Positions 1 through 56,982 of a stretch of DNA of 56,982 nt are shown one piece after another. The translations under genes and the position numbers were made by a program. The stretch is from Octopus sinensis (lineage: Eukaryota). Under the pieces are notes generated by a model. It made no database searches. It was given only the letters and a program-made list of their open reading frames with translations, and had not been told where the DNA came from. The DNA is taken from the NCBI RefSeq assembly GCF_006345805.1, contig NW_021833663.1, forward strand, positions 1-56,982. The letters run 5' to 3'. How positions within the stretch are numbered: the first letter of the stretch is position 1; every line of letters starts with the position of its first letter.

Positions 1-700
1 TCTCTTCATATAGCTGCTTTAGCCCTTCTCTTTCCTCCTCCTTCGCATCCCTCCATCTGGTTCTGAGTTTTTCTTCTCTTCTCGAATCTTTGCGATCCGT
101 CTTTCTCTCCTCGATGATCCACTCTTTGCCGTTGATTCTACCTTCCCTGTTGTTTCCAGTCCAAATCTTTTCTCTCCTTCCTGGTAGATTGTATTAACCA
201 GGTTTTCGAGCTTTTGTTCGTCGTCGCCTTTGAATTTGGTGGTCATTCTTGCTACCTCGTCGTCGAATTTTTTATAGCTCGCTGCGTCATTTGCTTTCGG
301 CCACTTAACCTTTGTCTTCTTCACGCCTATCAGTCTTTTTGACTATTCCGATTCAACTGTGGAATGAACCTCGCTGTGGTTATTTTCCGGGGGGTTTTGG
401 CCACACGTCTTATGGTTTATCAACCAACGTTGTTGAATTACTTTCTTCTCACACACCTTCCCTTGGTGGATTCTCAGCCCGATGTAACTAGCAAACACCT
501 TTCCGCAGCAGCTGAACTCCTCATCTACCATTCCTATACCGTTTCCTTTCCCATTGTCTATTTCCGGTCCAAGTCCATTTCGTTTTTTCCCGTCCCTATT
601 TGATCCTTTGTTATCCCCCCGTGGTCCGGGATCATGGGGCCATGATTTCCCATGTTTTTTTTGTTGCAATTTTTTCCCGGATCCGGCTGCAAGCCCATTT
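1..700 (-). mobile_element. 5' fragment of an RLE-type non-LTR retrotransposon (HERO/NeSL-like), frameshifted
   Basis: N-terminal Zn finger CCGKVFASYIGLRIHQGKVC, then VKWPKAND…FDDEV…IYQEGEKRFG…RRERRIAKIREE. Confidence 0.65.
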
Positions 701-1330
701 CATCCTTCGTTACGCTGTCGTACTGTCAAATATGCTGTTAGTAAAGTACCTAAATTCTTAATACATAAATGTTGCTAATTGCAATGCAATTAACTTATTT
801 ATTGTATCAATTCCACATTTGAGTGGTGGAGCAGCTGTTTCAGTACCCAGTCATAGTGTTGTAAGAATGTATATATTTCAATAATTTATATTATGATATT
901 TATAATTTGTATTCTTATCTTATATGTATTGAATTATAATGTATATATGTATGCTATTAAGGCGCTTTTTTGTTAAATGAATAAATAATATCCGAAAGCT
1001 GTTTCTCCAATTTGGTAACGAACCACATGGTTCCGGGTTCAGGCCCACTGCGTGGCATCTTGGAGATGTATCTTCTACTATAGCCTCAGGCTGACCAAAG
1101 GCCTGTGAGTGGATTTGGAATACGAAACTGAGAGAAGCCCATCCTATATATATATATATATATATAGTTACGCATATTTGCCATTTGAATATGGGGAACC
1201 CCTAAGGGTGGATGCTACTGTAGTTTGTAGCCTCAGGAAGATATCTCCTCCTGCTGGCTATAGACACACTATCTGTGCCCTCTCAGTATTTGTGAAGGGA
1301 AGTCACCCTCCCCGTCTTCAACTCATGATA

Positions 1331-1375
1331 CACACGGACTCGAGTTTCAAGGTGTTTACCTATCATCAGCGTGTG
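1331..1375 (-). ncRNA. Hammerhead ribozyme, inverted copy of 1709-1753
   Basis: Exact reverse complement of the + strand motif. Confidence 0.9.
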
Positions 1376-1708
1376 AACACCTTGAAACTCGAGTCCGTGT
1401 GTATCATGAGTTGAAGACGGGGAGGATGACTTCCCTTCACAAATACTGAGAGGGCACAGATAGTGTATCTATAGCCAGCTGGAGGAGATATATTCCTGGG
1501 GCTACAATCTACAGTAGCATCCACCCTTAGGGGTTAGCCATATTCAAATGGCAAATATGCGTCACGATGTGTTACCGCTACTGTTTATAACTCGCTCTGA
1601 GATTTATCATTGTTTGACTTCACTTTTTCAATATCAGTGTCAATCGACACTGGAAAAAGTATATGTATTTGTGAAGGGAGCTGACTTCTCGTCGACAACC
1701 ATGATTGT

Positions 1709-1753
1709 CACACGCTGATGATAGGTAAACACCTTGAAACTCGAGTCCGTGTG
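1709..1753 (+). ncRNA. Type I hammerhead ribozyme (minimal, palindromic stem III)
   Basis: CACACG-CUGAUGA-U AGGU AAAC ACCU U-GAAA-CUCGAG-UC^-CGUGUG; GUC cleavage predicted after 1747. Confidence 0.9.
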
Positions 1754-1958
1754 TATCATGAGTTGAAGACGGGGAGGATGACGTCCCTTCACAAATACTG
1801 AGAAGGCACAGATAGTGTGTCTATAGCCAGCTGGAGGAGATATCTTCCTGGGGCTACAAACTACAGTAGCATCCACCTTAGGGGTTAGCCATATTCAAAT
1901 GGCAAATATGCTTCACTATGTGCTACCGCTACTGTTTATAACTCGCTCTGAGATTATC

Positions 1959-2019
<61 letters not shown>

Positions 2020-2599
2020 TAGTAGATTAGTAGATTGATTGCATATTTAATATCATTATTTCATCAGAGCTTTCTTCGTCCAACAAATGCCGATATGGGA
2101 ATTTTTCGAATCAGCATGTACACAATATGTTAAAATTTAATTAAAATTATCAACCTTTCTTTAAGTTAAACGGAAGCAAAATCGAGGGGCACACATGTGT
2201 AGGAATACCATATGGGCATTCGATACAGTGTATATACGTACGTGCCAAGAAACAGTTTGTGTGAGATTTGGCTGCTTTTTCTAGCATGTGGGTATCCTGT
2301 TTGAAGTCTGTAGAATCGGGAGGTAAGAGGGTTGATGCAGATTTTATTTTTTGACATTTTGAAAATTTCCATTTTACAAACAATTATTTTTTTCAGAATC
2401 AGTTTCTCAGTTTTTTATATCACCTATTTTGTCAAAATAAAATTCTGGAGAAAGAGAAAAACGAAGAAAGAGAGGGCGCAATTGAAAATTTTGAAATTGC
2501 GATTTTTCTGAATTTTTTTCGTTTGTGGAATCGCTATCTCCATAACCTAAAACATGGTTCTCCGTAAAAAATCACACAAATGTGAGAGTGGTGGGTTAA

Positions 2600-2815
2600 G
2601 TCTCCAACATGTGTACCTCACTTCACCTCCAGGGTGACCAGGAGAACGAAATATCTTGTAGCAGTGTAGGAGGAGAGAAATGCTTGTCATTCCACTCATC
2701 CAGGTTTCTCTAACTACTACCATATCCAAATTAGGCGTCCTGAGGTCATCGAGGAAAAGCCCTTGTTTCCAATTCGACGTCAGGTTGCAAACATTTACAT
2801 TGAGTGTAAACATGA
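2600..2815 (-). mobile_element. LINE APE-endonuclease N-terminal remnant (L1/Tx1-like)
   Basis: TLNV..L....K…DLR..NLD.VVVRETW motif. Confidence 0.5.
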
Positions 2816-3947
2816 AAAAAAAAGTTGGTCTACCTTCGGTTGGAGATGGGCGTTAACCCCTCACGTTCCATTTATTTCGGAGCTTGTGAAGTCTCTATGT
2901 GTGTGTTTGTGTGTGTATGTGAGTGTGAGTGTTCATGTTTATGTGTGTCCTTATCCTACGATCGCAGGCTGGCACGGCGTTGCTTTGTTTATGTCTCTAT
3001 AAAGAAACGTTCAGCAAGAATAAGAAGACATTACAAATAAATAAACAGGTCCAGTGTACCTGACAGAAACTCATCAAGGCAGTGCTCCAGCATGGCCACA
3101 ATCCATTGAATGAAAGAAATCCAGGGTAAAGAGTAAACTGCTACAAACTTCGATGTAAGGATATAGAGCTTCTTACTGTTTCCTCCACCGACTATGCTTT
3201 TCTCTCTCCCTACCTCTCTCTCACAAGCACACACACACACACACACACGCACACATTCACACACACACACACACATACAAACACGCACACGCACATACAC
3301 AGACACACTCTTTCACACACACATTCACACACACACACATTCACACACACAAACACACACACACAAACACACACATACACACGCAAACACACACACACAC
3401 ATTCACCTGCGCGCGCGCGCACCCACACTGACACACACATAAAGCCATACACAAACAGACACAAGGAAAGAAGCACAGACACACACAGAAATATCAATAG
3501 TAACATTAACATGGATATTTTATTTCAAGGGAGGCTACTCTAATTTATACGATCTATATTTAAGAGTTACCTCCCTTAAAACTATATTATAATGCTTGTT
3601 ATCTACGTTAAATATAAATATATATACATAAGAACGACCCGTCGGTTACGACGACGAGTGTCCCAGCTGATATGATCAACAGAACAGCCTGCTTGTGAAA
3701 TTAACGTGCAAGTGGCTGAGCACTCCACAGACACGTGTACCCCTAACGTAGTTCTCAGGGAGGGAGATTTAGGGTGACACAGAGTGCCACAAGGCTGGCC
3801 CCATGAATTACAGATACGACTCAGTTCTCAAGTTTTAAGGAAAAACACAGATAGACAGACAGACAGACAGACACACACACATTCTAAGTTTTATATATAG
3901 AGAGATACATCTGTAAATGTAATATGTGACATGTATTCGGTAGCCAA

Positions 3948-4008
3948 GATAAAACTCCGAGTTTCGGATGCCGAGGTGGAATTCCACGCCACCATCTCTT
4001 CAGTTATC
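3948..4008 (-). ncRNA. Hammerhead ribozyme-like motif
   Basis: GAUAA-CUGAAGA-GAUG…CAUC C-GAAA-CUCGGAG-UU^-UUAUC; inverted partial copy at 4016-4043. Confidence 0.7.
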
Positions 4009-4184
4009 CGTTGGCCGGATAACTGAAGAGATGGTGGCGTGGATTTTAGTGGAGTAATTAGTAACTGACGAAATCACTCTATCTGTCTGTCTGTCTCTCT
4101 CTCTCCCCATGCGTTTTTTTAACTTACAGTAGAATATAACGATGTTTCAAATAAAAACAAAACATATTGTATTAAGAAACCACA

Positions 4185-4190
4185 TTTATT
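4185..4190 (-). promoter_or_regulatory. Candidate polyadenylation signal AATAAA of the aGPCR
   Basis: tttatt on the + strand, downstream of the probable last exon; weak evidence in AT-rich DNA. Confidence 0.3.
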
Positions 4191-4461
4191 TCTTCGTTAA
4201 TAAAAGTTAAAGATTATATTGAAAATTAGTAGTGAAAATTGGCAGTTAGAAAATATCTATAGAATTACAAACCATATGATGTTAGATTTTGTGAGTTACA
4301 GAAAATAAGAAGGTTTAAAGTACATTGCTGTTTATAAAGTGTCTAAGTTTCGTAGTGTTGTATTGATAGATAAAAATGAAGTTCTCTTTTATGCAAGCAT
4401 GTTTAATGTAATATAAGAAGAAAAGAAGATTCTCAAAGACATTAATTTTTTATATTCTTAA

Positions 4462-4514
4462 TTATGTTCTCGTCTCTGCTGTTCCAACATCTGTTTCATT
4501 ATCAGAACTTGAAC
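4462..4514 (-). other. Probable terminal exon of the aGPCR (phase 1 reading SSSDNETDVGTAETRT*), not reached by translation in the present reading frame
   Basis: Pyrimidine-rich acceptor tttccag, short open Ser/Thr-rich frame ending in TAA, AATAAA about 270 nt downstream. Confidence 0.6.
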
Positions 4515-5749
4515 CTGGAAACACAATGAGAAAAAACTTCTATAAAATAAAGTAAAATAACCCGAGCCCTTATGTTTTATATATAACCCCAATTGTCATC
4601 TGCTATTTCCCCATACGTTAAACATATGAATTACAGAAGAATCATACACAATTTATATTCAAAAACATAGTTTACATTAATTACAGAAACTAGTAATGAG
4701 AATTTAATTATGAGGAATATGTTGTACAATCCTGACAATATTGGTTCAGGAATATCTTCCAGAAAAACTGGGCAAGTTGAGAAGGAAAATATGAGAAACT
4801 TCTTAGTTCTATTCTGTGGATGTATGTTTTACATATATCTATCTATGGCACAGTGAAGACTTTACGTTGTTCTGTTTATGACTGTGTTTAAATTTCATGT
4901 ACAATTATCTATAGAAATATAACGAGAGAGCACTCCGTCGGTTACGACGACGAGCGTCCCAGCTGATACGATCAACGGAACAGCTTCCTCGTGAAATTAA
5001 TGTGCAAGTGGCTGAGCACTCCACAGACACTTGTAACCTTAACGCAGTTCTCAGGGAGATTCAGCATGACACAGAATGTGACAAAGCCGGCCCCCTTCAA
5101 ATACAGGTACAACTGATTTTTGTCAGCTGATTGGACTGAGGCAACATGGAATAAAATCTTGCTCAAGGTCGCAACGCCTCGCCAGGAATTGAACTCATGA
5201 CCTTACGATGGTGAGCAAAATAACCAAACCACTAAGCCACGCGCCTTCTATCTCCCCCTCTCTCTCTCTCTCTATATATATATATACTCTTTTACTTGTT
5301 TCAGTCATTTGACTGCGGCCATGCTGGAGCACCGCCTTTAGTCGAGCAAATCGACCCCGGGACCTATTCTTTGTAAGCCCAGTACTTATACTATCGGTCT
5401 CTTTTGCCGAACCGCTAAGGGACGGGAACGTAAACACACCAGCATCGGTTGTCAAGCAATGCTAGGGGGCAAACACAGACACACAAACACACACACATAC
5501 ATATATATATATATGTATACATATATACGACAGGCTTCTTTCAGTTTCCGTCTACCAAATCCACTCACAAGGCATTGAGGGTGCAAGGGTTGAATTGTCG
5601 GCGTTTTATATTTTTTTCTAATTTAGCGCATTGTTGTCTTAGATTTTGTCGACTAAGCATTATAGTAGGCTCCATTTGTTATTATGACACAATTCACACA
5701 GCTAGATACTTTGGAAACGACATGTTGTTCTGCTTGGCATTCGCCCCGG

Positions 5750-6260
5750 AAGTTCCAGTAGTAACATGTACCCAGAGTTGTCATTCAGTCAACATCATGG
5801 TGTTTGGAGTGATCACTAGTTATGCCTCCATTTATCTTCTGGCACGGCCTCAAATATCTGTAGAAGTTAGTGACACCTTGGGTAAAAGGGGCAGTTGCTG
5901 GAAGACTCTCCATGTCTGGCAATAGGACTCTGCACCTTGCCGCACAAGCAGAACCCAGTAATGGTTGTCAGGAAATTTATGCGACCACACCACCCCTACC
6001 ATCTGGCCGTCTAACGTCCCAGATTACAACCCACTTGATTATTATGTGTGGGGCGCAGCTGAGTGACGGATCAACAAAACTCCTTGTCACACCAAAGATG
6101 AACTGAAGACAGGGATTATGGCAGTATTCACCAATTTAACAAGGAGACCGTCCGGAAGAGTTGCAGGCGATCTTGAAGTCATCTGGAGACCGTCGTTGAA
6201 GCCAATGGCGGATTTGTTGAATAAATTTAGTCTTTCAAAATATTTGTATGTTTTTCTGGT
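5750..6260 (+). mobile_element. Tc1/mariner-superfamily transposase remnant
   Basis: IMVFGVITS; WPSNVPDYNPLDYYVWG (WPP.SPD.NPLD motif). Confidence 0.75.
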
Positions 6261-6618
6261 GATTATCAGTTAAAATGATGTGTCAGTATTATTTTCATTT
6301 TTGCCTAATTTAGAAGATAGCTTAAACAACTCAACCTGTATGCACACACATACACACTCACACATACACACTCACACATACATATAAACATACATGCATA
6401 TATACATATTTATATAAATAAGTATAAGATCGTTCATTTAGAATAAAATATCGATTTTATCAAGTTGCCAGCTTGGAAAAAATAACCTTCAAAGGTGATA
6501 ATTATATGGACAGTTAAGATGGTTTTAGAGTCAGATCATAGCTGCTATTTTCAGCATGGTGGTATCTCGTAGATACCCTAATTTATAATTTACATATATA
6601 TATATATATGTGTGTGTG

Positions 6619-6826
6619 TATATGAAAGAAAAAAGGTGTTCAGAATGCTTGATGGTTGTAAAAAATATATGTTTATTTACATATCACATATTATTCCTTC
6701 ATATTAGCACTGATGAAACTACAGGAGTAGTTGAAAGCGCTAATATGAAGAAATAATATGTGATAGGTAAATAAATATATATTTTTCTAACCATCCAGCA
6801 TTCCAAACACCTTTTTTCTTTCATAT
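6619..6826. mobile_element. Fold-back element with a hammerhead core in the loop (6710-6742, +)
   Basis: ~90-bp inverted arms 6619-6708 and 6739-6826; CUGAUGA-AACUAC AGGA GUAGUU-GAAA-GCGC-UA, but stem I is not formed; TA flanks. Confidence 0.65.
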
Positions 6827-7020
6827 GTATTAAATCTGTACATCACCCCCAATACTTCTAACATATATATATATATATATATATACATACATACAGATGG
6901 TTACGATGTTGACAATGGTTTATGTTGGTGTTTGTGATTAGCCCCATTGTGACATATTGGTTTTGGTTATGGCAGTGGGAGAAATAAGAAATATAAAATT
7001 GCACTCACTCTTATTGGTTC

Positions 7021-52510
<45,490 letters not shown>

Positions 52511-52899
52511 CTGTAAAATAAAATGACGTTAAGGACTTGTATCGATCTGATTTGTAACAGAATATTAAATATAATGTCTAAACAATGTGATGACAAGCAA
52601 AATATTAAAAGGTCGGCAGAAATCGAGAATGCGAAATGTAAAATCCGATGAGGTGGGATGAAATCTGGAAGAAGTAAAAATAAGGACGAGTATAAAATAA
52701 GGGAAAAGATGACGAGAATGAGGGAGAAATAAAATAATCGAATGAATTTATAGAAGTGAAGGAATTGAAGAAGGAAAGAAGGAAAAATAAATAGGAGCAG
52801 AAGAAAAGGTAGAAGGAAATGGAAAAGAAGAAAAAGAAAAAAAGAGGTGGAAAAAGAGACAAAGAAGGAGAACAAGAACGTGGTGTAGAAAATGAAGAA

Positions 52900-53425
52900 G
52901 ACGAAGAAGCAGAAGAGAAAAGGAAAGGAAGACGAAGAAGCAGAAAAGGAAGGGTGAGGTGGGGGAGATGAAAATAATGAAAGGAAGATGAAGTTAGAAG
53001 AAGAAGAAGAAGAGGAAGAAGAAGAAGAAAAAGAAGAAGAAAAAGAAGAAGAAGAAGAAGAAAAGGAAGGAGAAGGTGGGGGGAGATGAAAATAATGAAA
53101 GGAAAGAGGAAGTTGAAGAAGAAGGATAAGAATAAAACGAAGAAGAAGAAGAAGACGAAGACGAAGAAGAAGAAGAAGAAGAAGAAGAAGAAAAAGAAGA
53201 GGAAGAAAAAGAAGAAGAAGAAGAAGAAGAAGAAGAAGAAGAATAAAGAAGGAGGAGGTGGAGAAAGATGAAAATAATGAAACAGAAGATGAAATTGAAG
53301 AAGGATAAGAATTATAAGACGAAGAAGAAGAAGAAGAAGAAGAAGAAGATGAAGTTGAAGAAGAAGGATAAGAATTAAACGAAGACGAAGAAGAAGAAAA
53401 AGAAGAAGAAGAGAAGAAGAAGAAG

Positions 53426-53456
<31 letters not shown>

Positions 53457-53634
53457 TAATGATACGTTTTTTGTAGTTAGTCGAGAAGAATTTTAGGAAG
53501 AGAAAGAATAATTAGAATACAATCAGAAAGAAGAAAAGGAGGAAAATAGAGAAAGAAGGATATAGAGATTATTTACAACGAAGATAACGGGGAGAGAGGG
53601 AAAAGTCTGAAAAGGGTCAAGAGCATAAGAGGAG

Positions 53635-53703
<69 letters not shown>

Positions 53704-53847
53704 CAGTAGTAGTAGTAGTAGCAGTAGTAGCAGTAGTAGTAGTAGTAGTAGCAGTAGTAGTAGCAGTAGTAGTAGTAGTAGCAGTAGTAGCAGTAGTAGT
53801 AGTTGTTGTTGTTGTTGTTGTTGTTGTTTGTTGTTGTTGTTGTTGTT

Positions 53848-53889
<42 letters not shown>

Positions 53890-53890
53890 A
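52900..53890. repeat. Compound (GAA)n/(TAG)n/(TTG)n microsatellite array
   Basis: Direct inspection; similar arrays at 22770-23010, 29148-29275, 46600-46695 and 48420-48590. Confidence 0.95.
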
Positions 53891-53908
53891 GGGAAAAAGT
53901 GTTTGAGT

Positions 53909-55330
53909 TGTTGTGGTCAGAGTTGCGACGCCCCCTTGCGAGAGATAGACTGGTGCAAGTAAAGTATGAATAGTAACGATCCGAGTGAGTTCAGTGTCCG
54001 GAGTTTGGAGTCGAGTAAAGTTCGTGTTAGCTCGCAGTGAAGTCGTAGGATGTCGGTTGGTTAATTCACAAGGAATATTGATCGTTGCTTCGTAAAGAGA
54101 TTTGTTAGTTCGATACGTTGCCGTTACTGTAGTCTGGTGATCTTATTTATTGTATGTAACAATTAAGTTATAACGTCTGGCGACGGGCCTTTCGAGGGTC
54201 ATGTAAGTTGTTTAACATATTGTTTTGTCATACAACTTGTTAAATAAGGGAGGACCTGTTAGCTTCCATAGTACAGTTGCAAATGCAAGAATAGGAGAAA
54301 TAACAAAAGTAGCAGAAGCAACAACAACAATTATTGGAGCTATATTCAAAGAAGTCCCAAAACTACATAAGTTTGTTTTCGCCAGACGCCATTTTGAACT
54401 CGATTAACGAATTCAGTTATATATTTATTTATTACTCAAAAGGGGCTAAACATAGAGGGGACAAACAAGGACAGACAAACGGATTAAGTCGATTACATCG
54501 ACGCCAGTGCGAGACTGGTACTTTATTTATCGACCCTGAAAGGATGAAAGGCAAAGTCGACCTTGGCGGAATTTGAACTCAGAACGCAACGGCAGACGAA
54601 ATACCTATTTCTTTATTACCCACAAGGGCCTAAACATTGAGGGGACAAACAAGGACAGACATAGGCATTAAGTCGATTATATCGACCCCAGTGCGTAACT
54701 GGTACGATGTAATCGACCCCGAATGTATGAAAGGTAAAGTCGACCTCGGCGGAATTTGAACTCACAACGTAACGGCAGACGAAATACCGCTAAGCATTTT
54801 GCCCGGCGCGCTAACGTGTCTGCAAGCTCGCCGCCAAAGGAATTCAGTTATAACCCAGAGAAGGGGATAACAATTGCTTCGTATTACAGAAGGCACGAGG
54901 AGAGTTTTAAGCAAGATTGCAAATCATGTTCAGACGAACAAAAAGTGAGATTGTTATTTCGAAATTATCTCTGTTAGAGCATGAAAGTTCCTGGAATTCC
55001 ATGTTACCCGATTCCAATGAAATTCGTTTTAAATAAAAAGTAGATTTACTGTCTAACATATTCATAGATAAATCTTCTCTATTTAACACTCAAATAAAGT
55101 GTTGGAATATAACGAAAAAAGAGAATGATGATTTTTATGACATACACAAGAACAGTCAGCATGAGGTGTGAAAGATTTAAACTCAAAGAACTTACACCTG
55201 AGATGTTCAAATGGCTTACTTTCGTACAAGGCCTTACAGCAAGCGGAGATACAGAGATTCGGGCTGGAATTCGTTCTAAATTGGAACAAGAAAACTAAGA
55301 TCTAACCTTAGAGTAGGTGGTAGGAGAATG
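53909..55330 (+). mobile_element. Ty3/gypsy remnant: LTR-like segment (53909-~54175), PBS-like TGGCGACG (54178-54185), degenerate gag interrupted by a SINE
   Basis: EFSYNPEKGITIASYYRR.E..F..DC….KVRLL; ELTPEMFKWLTFVQGL. Confidence 0.7.
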
Positions 55331-55543
55331 CCAAATGAGGGTACGCAACCAGTACTTAATATTTTGACGCCGAAAATATGAAAGGCAAAATCGACCTCGG
55401 CAGAATTTGAACTCAGAACATAAAAACAGAATGTAAAAAACAGACGCTATACATTTCGCACGGTATGCTATCGTTTCTGCCAGCTCGCCTCATTTGTGGT
55501 AATATATTGTCAATGAAGTATTATCAGGACTTATCCAACTTAA

Positions 55544-55616
55544 TGATATCCTAAACTGGGCAGGTCATCGATGGTTCCTACCTGAATTTTGTCGGGTATT
55601 ATTTTCATTCAAATGA
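55544..55616 (-). pseudogene. Dead LRR pseudo-exon (HLNENNT/DKIQVGTIDDLPSLGY)
   Basis: Paralog of the 47328-47399 exon including intron flank (ttatccaactta); 73 nt (+1 frameshift); donor GTAAGT mutated to TTAAGT. Confidence 0.75.
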
Positions 55617-56029
55617 CTGTAATATAAAATTTTAATTGACAAGGCGGTGCTCCAGCCCTTAAAGGCGGTGCTCCAGCATGGCCGCAGTCAAATGACTGAA
55701 ACAACTAAAAGAGTAAAAAAAAAGAGAGTAAGTGTAGTAGAATTATTCCGTCCACACCCTAGCCCCAAAGTGACGAAGGTGGACTGACAAATTTCTGTTA
55801 AATGGACAATTGTCGAATCGTCAGAAATTAGTTGTGAGCAATTGTTTGGAATACATTTCGCTCTGAGCTCTTCACAGAGATCGTTTAACCTTGTGTAACT
55901 TGTGTAATAATAATCAAAGTGCGTCGGATGAATACATCTAGGATTTTAAAATGGCGTCGATTTGTTCGAAGCTTGCGCTGGACGTTTAGAATGTCTTTTT
56001 GCAATATCAAAGAAAAAAATATTATCATG

Positions 56030-56598
56030 ATCTAGCAACTAAAATAACAAGAAAAACAAAGGCAACAACAACAACAAAGCCAATAGTTGTTGGAATTAAT
56101 GTTGAAGAGGTCGGGAAATACTCCATGGTTTTACTCGCCAGATACGTAGGTAATTCAATTGATGAACTCAGTTATAATCTTGAAGAATCAATTACTTTCT
56201 CAGCATCATTTCTCAGATACGAAGAAATCTTCAAAGAAGGATGTAAAATTGGTCTTACGAGAAAGAGTACGACTTCTTTTAAGCAAGTTATTCCCTGCCT
56301 TGCCAAACACGAAAAATATAATAATTATATTACGTCGAAGAAAGCAAGTGGGATTTGATTCGAGGAAACAATTCATTTTTATAGAAAATCTTCTCTGAAA
56401 GGAGTTCCCTGTTCAATACTCGCTGACAGTATTTAAATTTGGTTAAAAACGATGATAAGGATTTTGTCAACGATGCTGAGGTTGTTAACAGAGAGTGTGG
56501 TGAAAATTTCGAATTAAATGAATTAACCCCGGATATGTTCAAATGTCTAATTTTTGTTCAAGCGCTAACAAGCAAGGATGCAGATGTAAGTTCCCGGA
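56030..56598 (+). mobile_element. Second Ty3/gypsy gag remnant of a related family
   Basis: SIDELSYNLEESITF…RYEEIF…SSLFNTR…ELTPDMFKCLIFVQALT. Confidence 0.7.
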
Positions 56599-56982
56599 TG
56601 TTGTGATGCGAGTTACTACACCCTCTTACGAAGAATAGACTGGACTGAGCAATTATAAATAGTAGCAGTCGGAGTGAAGTTTGTGTGTCAGTTCGCAGTA
56701 AAGTCAGAGGTTTGTAGCTTAGTACCTTTGGAATATTGATTGTTGGTTCGTGAAGAGATTGTTAGTTTGTTATGTTGTTATTACGACTGCATCGTTATCT
56801 TGTTTACTGTTGAAGCACTGGTATAGTGTATATAAACCATCCACCACAATATCGTATCGATATCACGACATTTGCTGACGGAGGATACAACATCCGGCCA
56901 TGAGTAACTACGTTACAGCACCGGATATTAATAAAATAAGAACAGAACGAAACAATTAACTCTACAGGCAGTAGCAGAAGAA
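56599..56982 (+). mobile_element. Related LTR (TG…CA, 56599-56870) plus degenerate PBS, interrupting the second gag copy
   Basis: Similar to 53909-54175 (gaatattgat.gttg.ttcgt.aagagatt.gttagtt). Confidence 0.6.

Larger units (their letters stand above)
1166..1961. mobile_element. Non-coding Penelope-like/retrozyme-like element: inverted partial copy plus tandem 352-nt HHR monomers, inside (TA)n
   Basis: 1166-1375 is the reverse complement of the repeat; GAAACTCGAGTC recurs at 1384 and 1736; TA arrays on both sides. Confidence 0.8.

Noticed and set aside
1109-1876. Two similar ORFs (…DATVVCS.RKISPPAGYRH…) on opposite strands
   Set aside because: By-product of the inverted HHR repeat; no recognisable protein features
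3031-3512. ORFs rich in [20 protein letters not shown] here and throughout the window
   Set aside because: Translations of microsatellites; no splice or domain support

Overview
AT-rich, microsatellite-dense eukaryotic DNA; the SINE families and (TA)n/(CA)n density suggest an octopus or other cephalopod (inference). There is no prokaryotic-type content, rRNA or CRISPR. One multi-exon gene runs along the minus strand, with its 5' end outside the window. I traced 23 in-phase GT-AG coding exons (52510->7021, about 1013 aa) plus a probable terminal exon at 4462-4514. They encode an adhesion GPCR with an unusual ectodomain: >=5 LRRs, LRRCT, a Ly6/uPAR three-finger (LU) domain, a SEA-like domain, HormR, GAIN/GPS (CSCDHL|TSFAVLM) and 7TM. 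A dead LRR pseudo-exon lies upstream at 55544-55616. The introns and 3' flank carry about 15 hammerhead-ribozyme (HHR) or HHR-like motifs with roughly ten unrelated flanking sequences. They sit in short non-coding tandem or fold-back elements inside (TA)n tracts, next to Penelope RT and GIY-YIG remnants, and look like Penelope-derived retrozyme-like elements. One of them is at the centre of a ~4.2 kb quasi-palindrome. Also present: three SINE families, Tc1/mariner, RTE, R4/Dong-like, HERO/NeSL-like and Ty3/gypsy remnants. All calls were made by eye; no database searches or folding programs were run.
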